Below, one piece after another: positions 19,601 to 29,800 of a stretch of 64,000 bases of DNA. Every line of letters starts with the position of its first letter. Within the stretch, counting starts at the first letter, position 1. Made by a program: the position numbers and the translations under genes. The notes beneath the pieces were generated by a model that worked only from the letters and a program-made list of their open reading frames with translations, was not told the origin of the DNA and did no database searches. The DNA is taken from positions 64,001-128,000 of IMG/VR virus record IMGVR_UViG_3300042908_000680; one strand, given 5' to 3'. The stretch comes from a virus.

Positions 19601-20834
19601 TGGAGATTTAAGAAGAAGAAATGCTGAGATTATGGCAGGATTCTCCAATATAGAAGCTAGAAGAAGTCAACAGGGTGGTATGAAGGGTAGATCTGGAGTT
19701 GAAGCAGATGAAGCTCAGAAGGATCTACAGAAAGCATATAAAACACAGATTGATACCATTAGAGGTTTAATCAAACTAGAAGAAGAACAACTCAAGATCA
19801 CCCAAGAAAAGAATAAGCTTGAGAAGGATTCTATGGAATCTCTTGTTAAGGGAGATATAGAAGACTTTTTCAAGAAGCAATCTGCTGTTGGTGCTACCGC
19901 TGCTATAGCAAGTGGCGATACTAGATTACAGAACCTTTACGGCGGTGACGCTCTTGGGGCAGCACTCCAAGATATTCAACGTCAACAAGAAGCCGGGGTT
20001 CAAAGTTTATATGGTCAGCAATTAGCTGGTTCTGGCGGTTTGACAGAAGCTGCCGCTAATGCCGCTTTATCATCTAGGGGCGTAACAGATATGAGAGCCG
20101 CCCAAGTCATGGCAGGAACTACAGCAGAAGAAGAAGCCAGCAAAGCCAGACTTCGTGAACTAGGCGGAATGCTAGGTGAAACTGGCAATATGGGAACTCA
20201 AATGGCTGAAATGCAAGTTGAAACAGCAACTATTAATGTAAATAGTGCTGATTTGAAGTTTAAGGAAGTTATGGCCAAGGGTAATAAAGCTGCGGCTGAA
20301 GCCCAAGCAGTAGAAGACCAAAGAGCAATGGCAAGGGGTGGCATGGTATATGCAAGTCGTGGTATTTTTGTACCTCGCGGAACTGACACTATCCCAGCAA
20401 TGTTAACTCCCGGTGAATTCGTAGTAAATAGGGGTGCAGTCCAGCGTGGTAACAATTTACAAATATTAAAAGCGATGAATAGTGGGCTTGGAAGTGTATC
20501 TAGTAGTGGTGGCACAGCCCTCATGGCAAGTGGTGGCGTGGTTAGATATAGAGATCGCGGTAGTTATGGTCCAGAACAGCAAAGTCAAGGAATGTCAAAC
20601 TTTGCTACCGCCCTTGAGAATTTCAATAGAGAACTATCTAGAAATGTTGAGTCTTTAAAGGACAGCAAGATAACTATTAAGTTAGATTCTACTAATGTAA
20701 ATATTAATCTAAACGATGGTGGTTTACTAAAGTCTTTGAAAGCTCAAGTGGCACAAGAGATTTTCAACCTTGTTAAAACTAGACTAGTTGTTGGTGATGG
20801 CGGAAGACTAAGGGAAAATTCGGGAGTAGTATGA
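13641..20834 (+). CDS. Tail tape measure protein with internal accessory domains
   Basis: TP901-type TMP core (DFERQLIKVSQVTG...AQAG...ESAESIGTGLRTIFTRI), Ala/Gly-rich helical body and three DTxPAxLxPGEFV motifs. Confidence 0.9.
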   Translation: MSKFVLTAQLQLQAPNNVKQVVQQIQSQLNGVSVNIQVQNAGQAQKQIQQVAQATNQATSAAERMGKAFALSIRRFAAFSIATRAVGLFTSTLSDAVQTSIDFERQLIKVSQVTGKSLTQLRGLTKQITDLSTGFGVASSDLLNVSTILAQAGLSAEDTAIALRTLAKSALAPNFDSITETAEGAIAVLAQFQEGVGSLEKQLGSINAVAGAFAVEAGDLIDVIRRTGGVFKASGGDLNELLALFTSVRATTRESAESIGTGLRTIFTRIQRPKTIEFLKQFGVELVDLDGKFVGPYEAVKRLSEALAGLGEGDTTFIRIAEELGGFRQIGKVLPLLQQFSTAQSALNVAMKAGDSLTQDAASSQAALAIRIMKVKEEFLALIRSITETSTFQVMANTALSLASALIKIGDSIKPLLPMLAALTAFKLVKGMGSFFGGMMSGAASGRTYNKGGKVLGFARGGLVPGTGNGDTVPAMLAPGEFVIRKSSVNKMGAGRLAAMNENRYAYGGKARTFGIAALDGTQDSKSANLPISAIREKLGINTDKAGNKNLDMVIRGVLGSKGSDLNVTAKSDTVTLNDPGIKDDIYNNIKSQMYGLITSSATALSNGTGIPMRKRPINPNKVLAKVGTDSTIGSVFEGALGLLGGPFSAGKSTAAIDYPRGLGKMASAFSSLANMPVDAKKTADSKKTSEMLNKKIPNFFAEFVKRSPQYASFKSQLSQGKLDKLKGREFDLTEYQRVTGNSKATLSDLSGVASLSRKSGQRQLFRLAEKFAEGGEVLERGTQKYLISDVVKGMRELQGNSALSEKDAIALFNSKDARGDFIYTNFGGKGSIKLPKWMGTYRPQSAAYGAFQVAQANKQNRIAGAMSRQGKTMRDYESRREFATGGGVGTDTVPALLTPGEFVVNRKSAQRIGYGALGRMNKVGKYAKGGVVGPQRLFVGGVAEKQVSRDVGFREIDSINDAAKVMAETLEGLGPEIKKAILDKFKGIEAVTGGGKTSLGTKFKDTTRGQAIVSSSGASAMGLQIKGKNVAANTNTVAHETGHLADSALADKKGFASTNKGTFQFDLVEKVKPQMEAAFKAAGMSAKQIETYLASNQELFAEFFAKASPEVRAIITSTTDSKVGMQKLADHLEKAGHTYAGLEASDITGIKPVPTPTPVTPPKKPTGPSSPPSGGPPSKPPSGGGTPSKTSSSTVATSSSSGGGGGGMFNDVGANIAMVSAALSTMLPPLDENAGALTKVGHSLLTLGTTVGGVIFTLGQFGIQLKAANIASFAKSLTTMGKGGLGEMIGGFTRQGGKTSRAAGESVTQAFGIGKQRDAVAQARSERASQLLELRGQRNSLRGQTGFKAFSERADVTQKIKGLAQAPSKLPGLPNSLTGKLGNFLGQKAAGGGLGGRLAGMAGNAITKVGGLGTGAVGGAVGGAMGTAAAMAGPALAVVGAVAAINSVIGSFRDLDDKLKSSIEAGKVEEASRLAVAQKASEFPLIGNIVSSIFGESGDAFLLGIGELFGGPSLDSVKQLAAAQAGAAKTTKSLEEAQKVASDAMNDFKNGSISAADALAKIRAKTGEASNQQKRASSFVATNLEQRGGISRDIFTLGGLLGETSTARNKRLGAQNVEQINQSSKFMADAFNTESEARQATIRSGVARGKNSEEIRTTAMGNLRSQREEALKTAKAAAKSGDTATYDAAIAQAEQLRQSMEQVDKEIANIEKEVKRQKELYDAMNLGLRSATATATALSASMDKFSSGLEVGGSSFVNDVEFLQSAMSSAAQAMDSGEIQSAIKGVSDNLREFGSSEKYIQKFEGNVAAFTQAQSNYTQAFANIKKSMKDADFKNLNADELKKRFADELTKGMGDGEAKDSLKKVINGLELEPGDVDKILAGDLSVFGDKLTESQQKMLEPIMKISQERAKAEQVLIDFTKKRIDSERNLVAAQQEALDLVMEGRELQGKYGGQAVTGRERKDNLLAKSNVESSRLGLTNMKSGDVGDLRRRNAEIMAGFSNIEARRSQQGGMKGRSGVEADEAQKDLQKAYKTQIDTIRGLIKLEEEQLKITQEKNKLEKDSMESLVKGDIEDFFKKQSAVGATAAIASGDTRLQNLYGGDALGAALQDIQRQQEAGVQSLYGQQLAGSGGLTEAAANAALSSRGVTDMRAAQVMAGTTAEEEASKARLRELGGMLGETGNMGTQMAEMQVETATINVNSADLKFKEVMAKGNKAAAEAQAVEDQRAMARGGMVYASRGIFVPRGTDTIPAMLTPGEFVVNRGAVQRGNNLQILKAMNSGLGSVSSSGGTALMASGGVVRYRDRGSYGPEQQSQGMSNFATALENFNRELSRNVESLKDSKITIKLDSTNVNINLNDGGLLKSLKAQVAQEIFNLVKTRLVVGDGGRLRENSGVV

Positions 20835-23800
20835 GTTCTTTACTTTGCAATACAAACGATAAAACTAGACTAGGTGCTAATAGTCGCCTCTTAGCAACTT
20901 TATCTTTTAACCATGGTCTTTCTTCTAGACCCTCTTCTATTGCAACTATAAGATTGCAAGAAGGTGTTTATAGAAATCTAAAGACTTCCTTTATTGGCAT
21001 TTCTAAGTTGCTAGCTAATGAAAATGTAAACTGCTCACCCAAAGAAGATTTTTCTGAATGTGGTGCTGGTAATATTAGGGGATATACAACCGCAAACCTT
21101 GGTATTAATTCAAGAATATCTTCTTCTGGAAAATTTAAAAGTTCTTATACAGATAAGTTTGCTGGATATAAGCCCAGCTTTAGAGCTTATGAAAAGCTAT
21201 ACCCAATTCAAGATTTATCTTTCAAAAGTAAAATTACTAATACTAACATAAATGTCTACAAAGTTGAAAATAATGCACCTAGCCCCACCAATATATATAC
21301 TAGTATTGACGAGGGTGTTTTTACTGGTGATTATGTGCAGGATGGAAAAACCGGATCGATTATATCAGATGAATCAAAATCATTTGCTCTTACTTTTAGA
21401 ATTTTTGCTTCTGGTGATATTCAGTATAAGTTTCGCGTTGCAAAGCCAGTATCAGTTGCTAAACTAAGCTATCTCGCTATTAGGGCATCAGCACCATTTG
21501 ATAATTATATACAAAAAAAACCACAACAGTATAAAATATATGATATAAAGTTTGAAGATCCTAGTGGTAATTTAATAATTCAATATGAAGATATGTTCAT
21601 CCGTGGCGATACTTACTATACTACCTATTTATCTAAACCGTTAGTTAATAATCTATTGCTACCAACTTGGGATAGCAAATATCCATTAATGGATGCTGCC
21701 GGTTCTTATAGTATTACTTTAAATATATCATACGATTGTAATACTTATCCATTTACCAGCAATTTTGATCCCGGTTACGAGCAAACATGTATAATTAATT
21801 CAACTAATCTAAGCCCCAATCCGTTCATTAGTTTGAATATGTCCGCTCTTGAGATTGGAAATAGCGGTGGAGTTGGCATCCTTCGTGATAGTTATCTAAA
21901 CTTTTATTCTAAAGTAAGAGATAAGTCTGAGCGAGAAAAGAGAACACTACTTCCAACTGAGTTATTGACATATAGTTTTAATAATGGAATTTACCCACAA
22001 GCCAGTAGCGTTTGGCGTTCAACTACAAATAATATAAACTATGATAACACTGCATCTTCTGGTGCTTCTCATTTACTAAATAAAATTAGAAATGATTTAA
22101 CTGGAGACTATATTACTGTAATAAACTCTTCACCAGTTTCAGACAGTGGAAGAATAGTATTAAAGTTCAACACAAAGCCCGATAAAGAAGCATATGACAA
22201 TTATATAGATGGGGCATTTGCTTTTGGTGGCAGTAAAGAGTTTAATGATGCCAAACTAGTAAATTACTTAGATAATGATAATTTCTTTGACATAGAGAGC
22301 TTAGAACTAAAAGTAATTGCTAAAAAAGCTACTGGCACTCCAGACTATACAATAGATGTTGTTGGATATAGTGATGACAAATTATTGAATGTTACACCAG
22401 CAATTGGTGGATTCTTGCAAAATAGCGGGGCTTTAGTTTTTGATACTAATTCAGTGCCAGATATTTCTGGATATAACTATAAGACATTTGGTATTTCTGA
22501 TAGTAGCCTTTCAGATCAATCCGAGTACTTCCAGAAAGACGCTTCACCCAACGGTGATCACTATATACTTAATAACGCACCGTTAGTAAATAGTACATCA
22601 TTCCAAGAGTATATTATACCATTAGATATTTATCAAAATCCTTATGATCTTGGATATAAAAAATATTCTATTAGTTCTCTTTTTGAAAATCTATATTTAG
22701 ATATTTGCCCTATTCCTAGCGGAGCATCTATTTGTAGTGTTAAACTAGTTGTATATTATAAGCCAGCTAATGCTCTTGCAATGCATACCCTTGGTAGCCC
22801 AGTAGATAAGAGTGCTGTACGAAAAAGTATTACACTTTTACCATCATCCAACGAGAACGGAACGCAGGTAAATACTAACGTAAAACTTAGTGGCATATTG
22901 ACAGGATTGACAACCCCAGAATATATAAAATCTAATTATTCCAGAAGATGGAGAGGTAATGATGGTAGGATTTTATCTGGTGGAGATTTTATGCCAGAGG
23001 CTTTTGATTTTTCTTTCAATCATAAACAAGCAATAAATCCATTCCTAACATCATACATAGATTTTAAGAATGTGGATGGGGATAATATTCTATCATCAAG
23101 CGGTACTGTTGTAGGTCAAGCAGATCAATATTTTAATATTTTATCTAATTTTGGATGGAGATATTCTTCTAATCAGCTTTTTACTCTTACTCCAACTCCA
23201 TATAAATCCATATCTTGGAGAAATAATGTATTTGATGCATTTGATAGGGCGGCTAGAATTTCTTCAGATGATAGATTAATTATTAATACATTAAATAATG
23301 ATTCATTTACTAATTATGGAAATATATCTAAAAGTTTTGGTTTTGCTTTATTTATTAGATTTACTCCAGATCAATCATCTGATTCATTAATAAACAATAA
23401 TCTTATTTTTTCATATGAAAATTCTACTACTTGGTCAATGGTGTTCATATGCGAAAATGGCATTCTAAAACTAAAAATTAAAAATGCTGATAACAGTGTC
23501 ACTACACTCAGCGACACCAGAAGTATACTGGAGTATCAATTCCCTTTTTCTGTATTAATTACTTATAATGATGATAATACATATAAATTTAAATTATACA
23601 CAGATAACGAATTATTCAGTTTATTTAATAACTTAAGGGCGGTTTCACCCCCACAAACCTCTTTGAAACTATTGAGCAACCCATCTTTATATATTGGTTA
23701 TTCATCTACTTACTCGGGACTTTCATCTCTACCAATGTTTTTACATGAAGTGGGGATATCTAATGGTAGATGTAATATAGCAGAATATATTAATGAAAAT

Positions 23801-26800
23801 ATACTATCAAATCAAACAACAGCATCAAATGTCTTTTCTTCTCATAGAATGCATTTTAATAGCCTATCTTCCAAAAATATAAGATCAAATCAATACACTT
23901 ATGTTGATGATGACATTTCGCTATGGCATCTTGGAGATTTCAAAGTATGTCAATTTTCTCCAGACTTTGATTTTTTTACTCAAAGGCATGGAATAGATTT
24001 TTTAAGTTTTGACTTAAAACATCATGGTTCTGGATATAGTCAAGCTACTAATTTACCATTACCATCTAATATTAATATTTCTGGTGTAGCATATCACACT
24101 CAACTAGAAAATGATTTTTTAAGATTCAATCTATCTAATATTCCCACCATTGATAAAGATAGATTTTATGCCGTTGCCCCTAGAATATCTAAAACATTAC
24201 CAAGGGGTTATAAATTTAATCAAGATGCCATTTATGTTGATACTATTGTAGAGCATGAAACAAATGATAGTATGATATGGTCAAACGGAAAGATCGGCCC
24301 CAAGCTAATTGTTAGTTTATACGCTAAGACTCAAGACAGTGCCGACAGACCAAGCAAATCATTTGGTTTAATAAATAGGTCAACTCATTATCTAGAACCA
24401 TCTGGATGTATACGAAAACTTACTAGTAAATTTTCTTTTGAAGATTTATTAGATGACTCAGAACCTTGGGCTTTATTTGATAAAGAATCATACCTCAAAG
24501 AATTTAAAGAAAAATATTTTTCTCAAGATATAGATGATATGTTCTTGCAATATGATTTAGTATATCCATCTGGAAGACCATTCTCCTCACTAATTAAATT
24601 GCATAGTTCAAATGTTCGACTAGATGATGCTATATATATTAGCGAAAAATCAAATAGTCAGCTAAATCTAATTACAAGTGGACAAAAATATCAACTTGCA
24701 AATCTAAACTTATTTGCTCCAGAAAATGGTCCAATAATTAATTCTTATGCTAATCTTTTTGTAAGTGGAGTTGGTCCATCTAGACAACAGGTAAGTTTTT
24801 ATATTAATAGCAGTGGTTATCCATGCGATAGCCCATATTTAAATATGTATACTTTTACTGTTGGCTCTGCTACTACAGAAGATCAAGTTTTTGGTGGTAT
24901 GTTTGGCTCATCTCCAGTAAAGGGGTTAGGATTATCTGTTAGTGGTCAATTTATGACAGAAACTAGTATGCCCTTATTTACATATGGATCTGGATACTAT
25001 TCTGAATCATATGTTAATTTAAGTACTCTAGTAGAAGATGATATCGTTAAAAATGAATATATAAACTTGGCTATTCGTGGAATATCTAAGTCTCAAGATT
25101 TTTACCCATATTCTAGTATGCCATTATATGTCTATGGACAAGAATTCTCAACTGAAATAAATAATTACGCCCCGTTATTCGTGTTGAGCGATGATCTTAG
25201 TAGAGTTGTAGATTCTGGATCTCTAAACTTACATACTTTAAATTATCCAATATCTGATTCTCTCGCCAATAGCAGTGCCTCTATTAGATGGACCAATAAC
25301 AATGTTGGTAAAAACATAACAGTTCAAGATAACAGCTATGCTTATGTTGATTCAGATGATAACATTCGCGGCGTTGATTTATTATGTTATGGAACTTGCT
25401 CATCTAATAATAGATGTTCAGAAGCAGTAGTAGATATTCACGGGGTTAAGTGGTATGAACCAGAAGTTTGTGTTGACGGAGGAATATTCCGAGCCAAGTC
25501 TACATATACAAATCTAACATATCCAAGCGGATCATTCAGACACACCATTAGCCAAAATGAAGCAACAAATATACTCACAGAAAATTTATTTGTACTTTCT
25601 ACTGAAAATAATGATTTCATGTCTACGGAGTCATCTCTAAATTCAGTTGTTTATGATATTATGCCATATAGTGGTCATTTCTATGGCATTAGAAAATATA
25701 CTGGATTGGCCCCCAATCTTCCATATGCCATTAATATAACTGGCAAGTCGGGATCAACAGATGCTATAGACATACCAACAGAAATTGTTGAAGTAGAATA
25801 TAATAAAAATGAAACTAATCTAACATCAACAGATTATAGTGGATTTAGGTTACTATCTAGTGGCACTAAAACTGCTGGAGATGAGTTTGGAAAATCTATT
25901 GCGTCTAAAGATAATTTATTAGCGATAGGATCACCAAAAAGATCAATAGTATATAATAGTGGCGTTGGGTCAAATCTAACACTACAAGAGGCTGGGACCG
26001 TATTCGTATATAGAAGACAAGAAAGACCTAGTGGATATAATTGGCCTTTAGATAATTATAAGTCTCCTTGGATACTGGAAACCGCCCTAACATTACCATC
26101 TGGTATGCTAAAGGATTACTATACTCAATCAGAACTAGATCTTGGTTTACCATATAACTTAAGACCAATCCAAACAAGCTGGTTTGTTGGTCAAGAAGGA
26201 AGACAATTTGGACACTCGCTAGACATTTCCGTAAATAAAAATGAAAAATCATTAGGTGAGAGTTCTCGTCAAATAATTGTTGTTGGTGGCCCAAGTGCTA
26301 AATGGACTCCTAGAGTATTTGATAATACTCCACCATCCGATGTCAATATTGGATTAATAGTTTTTACTGACGAGTTTACTCCTAGAATTCCAGCACCACT
26401 TCCTAATCAGCCCTTTAGAACTATAGGGTATGAAGAAGTTCTTGAATCTATAAAAGACAAAGACATAATATTTAATTATTTTGGTAATCCAAGAATCAAA
26501 TTTAATGTTAAACTAATGATTTGCCAGCCTATCGCAGATAGTCCAGATATTGTTTCGCCAAGTTTTCCAGATAAACCAGATTTTATGGTTTTAAATTCTA
26601 TAGGTAGAAATTCTGGATATAAACCAAATGCTGCAAAAACAGAGGCCATTGTCAGTGGTATTAAAGACGCTTTCTTTGAAGCGTTCCCATATGATAATAG
26701 TAAAATTCATAACAATATACCACCAATTATCGGTTTATATATAGATAACAGCAGTTCTTTGGGTAGAGAATCTTTAGAGCCAGCTATAGATGAATTTGTT

Positions 26801-29800
26801 AAGTTCTATAAAAAATATAGCTTTGACAATGGGCTTATAGATTTTAATAACGTAAGAGAGTCTGGACAAGTAATTGAATATATTCCAGACACTTACGATG
26901 CTGAAAATTGGGTTCAAATGTCAACGACAATACTTTCCGAAGTTTTAGATACTGGCAATCTAGTATCAAATAATCAAGTTAGATTTTTAACTGGTAGTGT
27001 TGGAACATTTAATACTAATCTTGGTCCTTTTAACATTCCTCCAGAGAGTGGTGGAAAAGCATATATTTTTGAAAAAGAAAGTGGTAATTGGAATCTTATA
27101 CAAGAAATCAAATCGCCCAATATCACCTATTCAAATCCAGACCGCTTTGGACATGCTGTTAGTATAAGCGATGACGGAGAATTGGTAGTAATTGGTTCTC
27201 CATACATAAATCAAGCTGTTACAATGTACGAGAGGAAAGAAGAAGAAAGAGATAGATTTTATTCTTCACTTTATAGTTGGGTAAAAACTAATCGTCCAGA
27301 TAAATACTCATCTGAAATATTAACATATGAAAACTCTTATGGTTTTTCTAAAGATCAGCAAGCTTTGTATTTATCTTTAGACAAAACTGACAAATTCAAA
27401 TCTAGGGTTGATCTTGGTATACAAGAGTATCAAAATATCTATACTTTTGATTATAGTAATATGCAATCAAATGGAAGTTGGTCATTCATTCCTAACGTTG
27501 TCGCACCAATCTCACGATTAGGTTATAGTATTGATGTTAACGAGGATGGCAGCGTTGTAGTCGCTAGCGCACCAACAGATAGTTTAAATTTGTATAATGA
27601 TGCTGATGTTTATTATGTAAATGGTAGTAGAGGAGGAAAAACATTCAGAACAGGATATATCGACCCATCTGGTGTTTTAACCGGCACAGTAAAACCAGCT
27701 TGGTCATCTAGTGTTAATGCTGGATCAATCCATGTATTTGAATCACGTAAGTATTATCCACATAATCAAGTAATAGAATATGGGCGGTTTGGAAACTTAC
27801 ATGAAATTGATAGCAATGATACTCCAGATTCTGGACATTTCCACTACTTAGCCGATATCTTTGAAGATAAAAACTTTATTAAGACAGAGTTTACTGATTC
27901 TAAGATTCCAAAAGAAGCCGGTTTGGCATTTATTATAACGCCTGCTGTTGATGCCTTAAGTACTAGTGACGAGGTTTATAACAATATTTATAACTGGTTA
28001 GCACTTGGAGATAGAAACTTAGTATTAGTAGCAAACGATCCAATTTGGGAAGGTAATGGGAAATATAAGAATTCAAATGATATTCTTAATAAATTACTTG
28101 AAAGACTTAATTCTCGCATGAGGGTTGTTCCAGCAAGAAGCAAATATGAATCACTACCAGAAGGATATTCAACATTTAATAATGTTATTCCATCTTTTAT
28201 ACCACAAGGTTCTACATCAACCTATGTTCAAAGAACTTCCCTGCGTGGTAGCGGTGTTGCTGATATTAAAGTTTATTATCCCGGTTATTACCAAGTTATG
28301 CCATGTCAAAAAGTTACAGATTGTAGTCCAGACCCCGTTAAAATACAAATACAATCACGCTGCGAAATGCCCTTAATGCATTACGGTGATTTAAGATCGC
28401 AGTGGAATGCGTTGTGCTGTACAAATGGTGGAACATTAATATATGGTATTAACTGGCCATTTACATTTGGATCATACAAACCCGCGTGTGGTGATACAGA
28501 ATTCCCAGACAATCCAATGGCTAATTTTGAGCCAATTCCATTATTAGCAGCAGCAGAAAAAGTAACTTATGATGTAAATTATCCAGCGGTTCCAGCAAGA
28601 TATCAAAACTTCCCTATTTACGAAACAGTATATACAAGTACACCATATTATGTATTTGGTAGCCCGGTTAGTCAGGCTACAAATTTTGTATGGGACTCTG
28701 GAAATACTCCATCTAATTTATCTCTAAATGCTAGTAGTAGCATAAGCGAAGGAAGATTCTATAAGCCCGAAGAAGGCTTATTACAAGCAAAGGGTATTTC
28801 TAAAATAAGTATAACACCATATACCACTAAAGAAATTGTATCGGACAAAAATTATTTCTGCGTTGAGCATTCATATGCAAAAACTACATCTAAAATTATA
28901 GTTCTTGCTGGCGTTGAAACAGAATCTAGAGCCGCATTGTACAGTGGCCAAGGTGATCAAAATGTTAAATTTTATACTAATTTAGTCTCTAAAAATCCAA
29001 CAATTAAGGGTTATTCTGATATTGCTCAACTTGGTGGCTGGACAGGACGAACAAGTTTCACTGATGGATATGCTAGTTCATTATTAAAAACTGTGTTTAG
29101 AAATGGAAATGAAGTAGTAGAAGACGTTGATACATCCTTCACATCAATAGATAGAATCTATCTTACCAATGTGTTTAATGTGGCTTGGGTTGCCAATATA
29201 ATTAGTCAGCCATCTCAATCCGAAATTAACGATATTAAAACTTGGCTATCTTATGGTGATAAAAAACTCATTATAACCTGTGGTAATGATATCAATAGTG
29301 TAAAGAATGCACAAGAATTATGTTCTAAGCTTGGAGTATATGTTGAGCCAGTTTTCCTACCATATTTGGATATGTACCCACAAATTAACTCTAGTTTTGA
29401 AATTAATGATATTCATCAAGCCGGTGGGAATTTTAGTAAAAATAAGATCGAATACTTCACTGCTGCAATACCTTTCTATCCACTCAAATTAACATCTAAT
29501 GGAATAGGAATAGCTTATTATTCTCAACCAATTTATGATGAAGTTCCAAAAACAAATACTAATATCTCTTGGGATATGAATGCTGGAGTGACCAAACTAT
29601 CTTTTCCAGTTATTCCTTGTTCTGGATACAAACTATTTATAACAACGTTATCTGAAACCTCAACAGAAATTGCGCCATTAGACATTGACATTGAAAATGC
29701 CACATATCTCCCTAATTTACCATGCCCCATCGATTATACTTCATCTCAGGTAAATGAGTTAAATGTTGATGGAGAACTAATTTCTTACAAGTTAATTGGA

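Noticed and set aside
14216-20524. Multiple minus-strand ORFs within the TMP gene, and similar short ORFs inside other long genes
   Set aside because: Antisense shadows with no recognisable motifs or coherent operon context.
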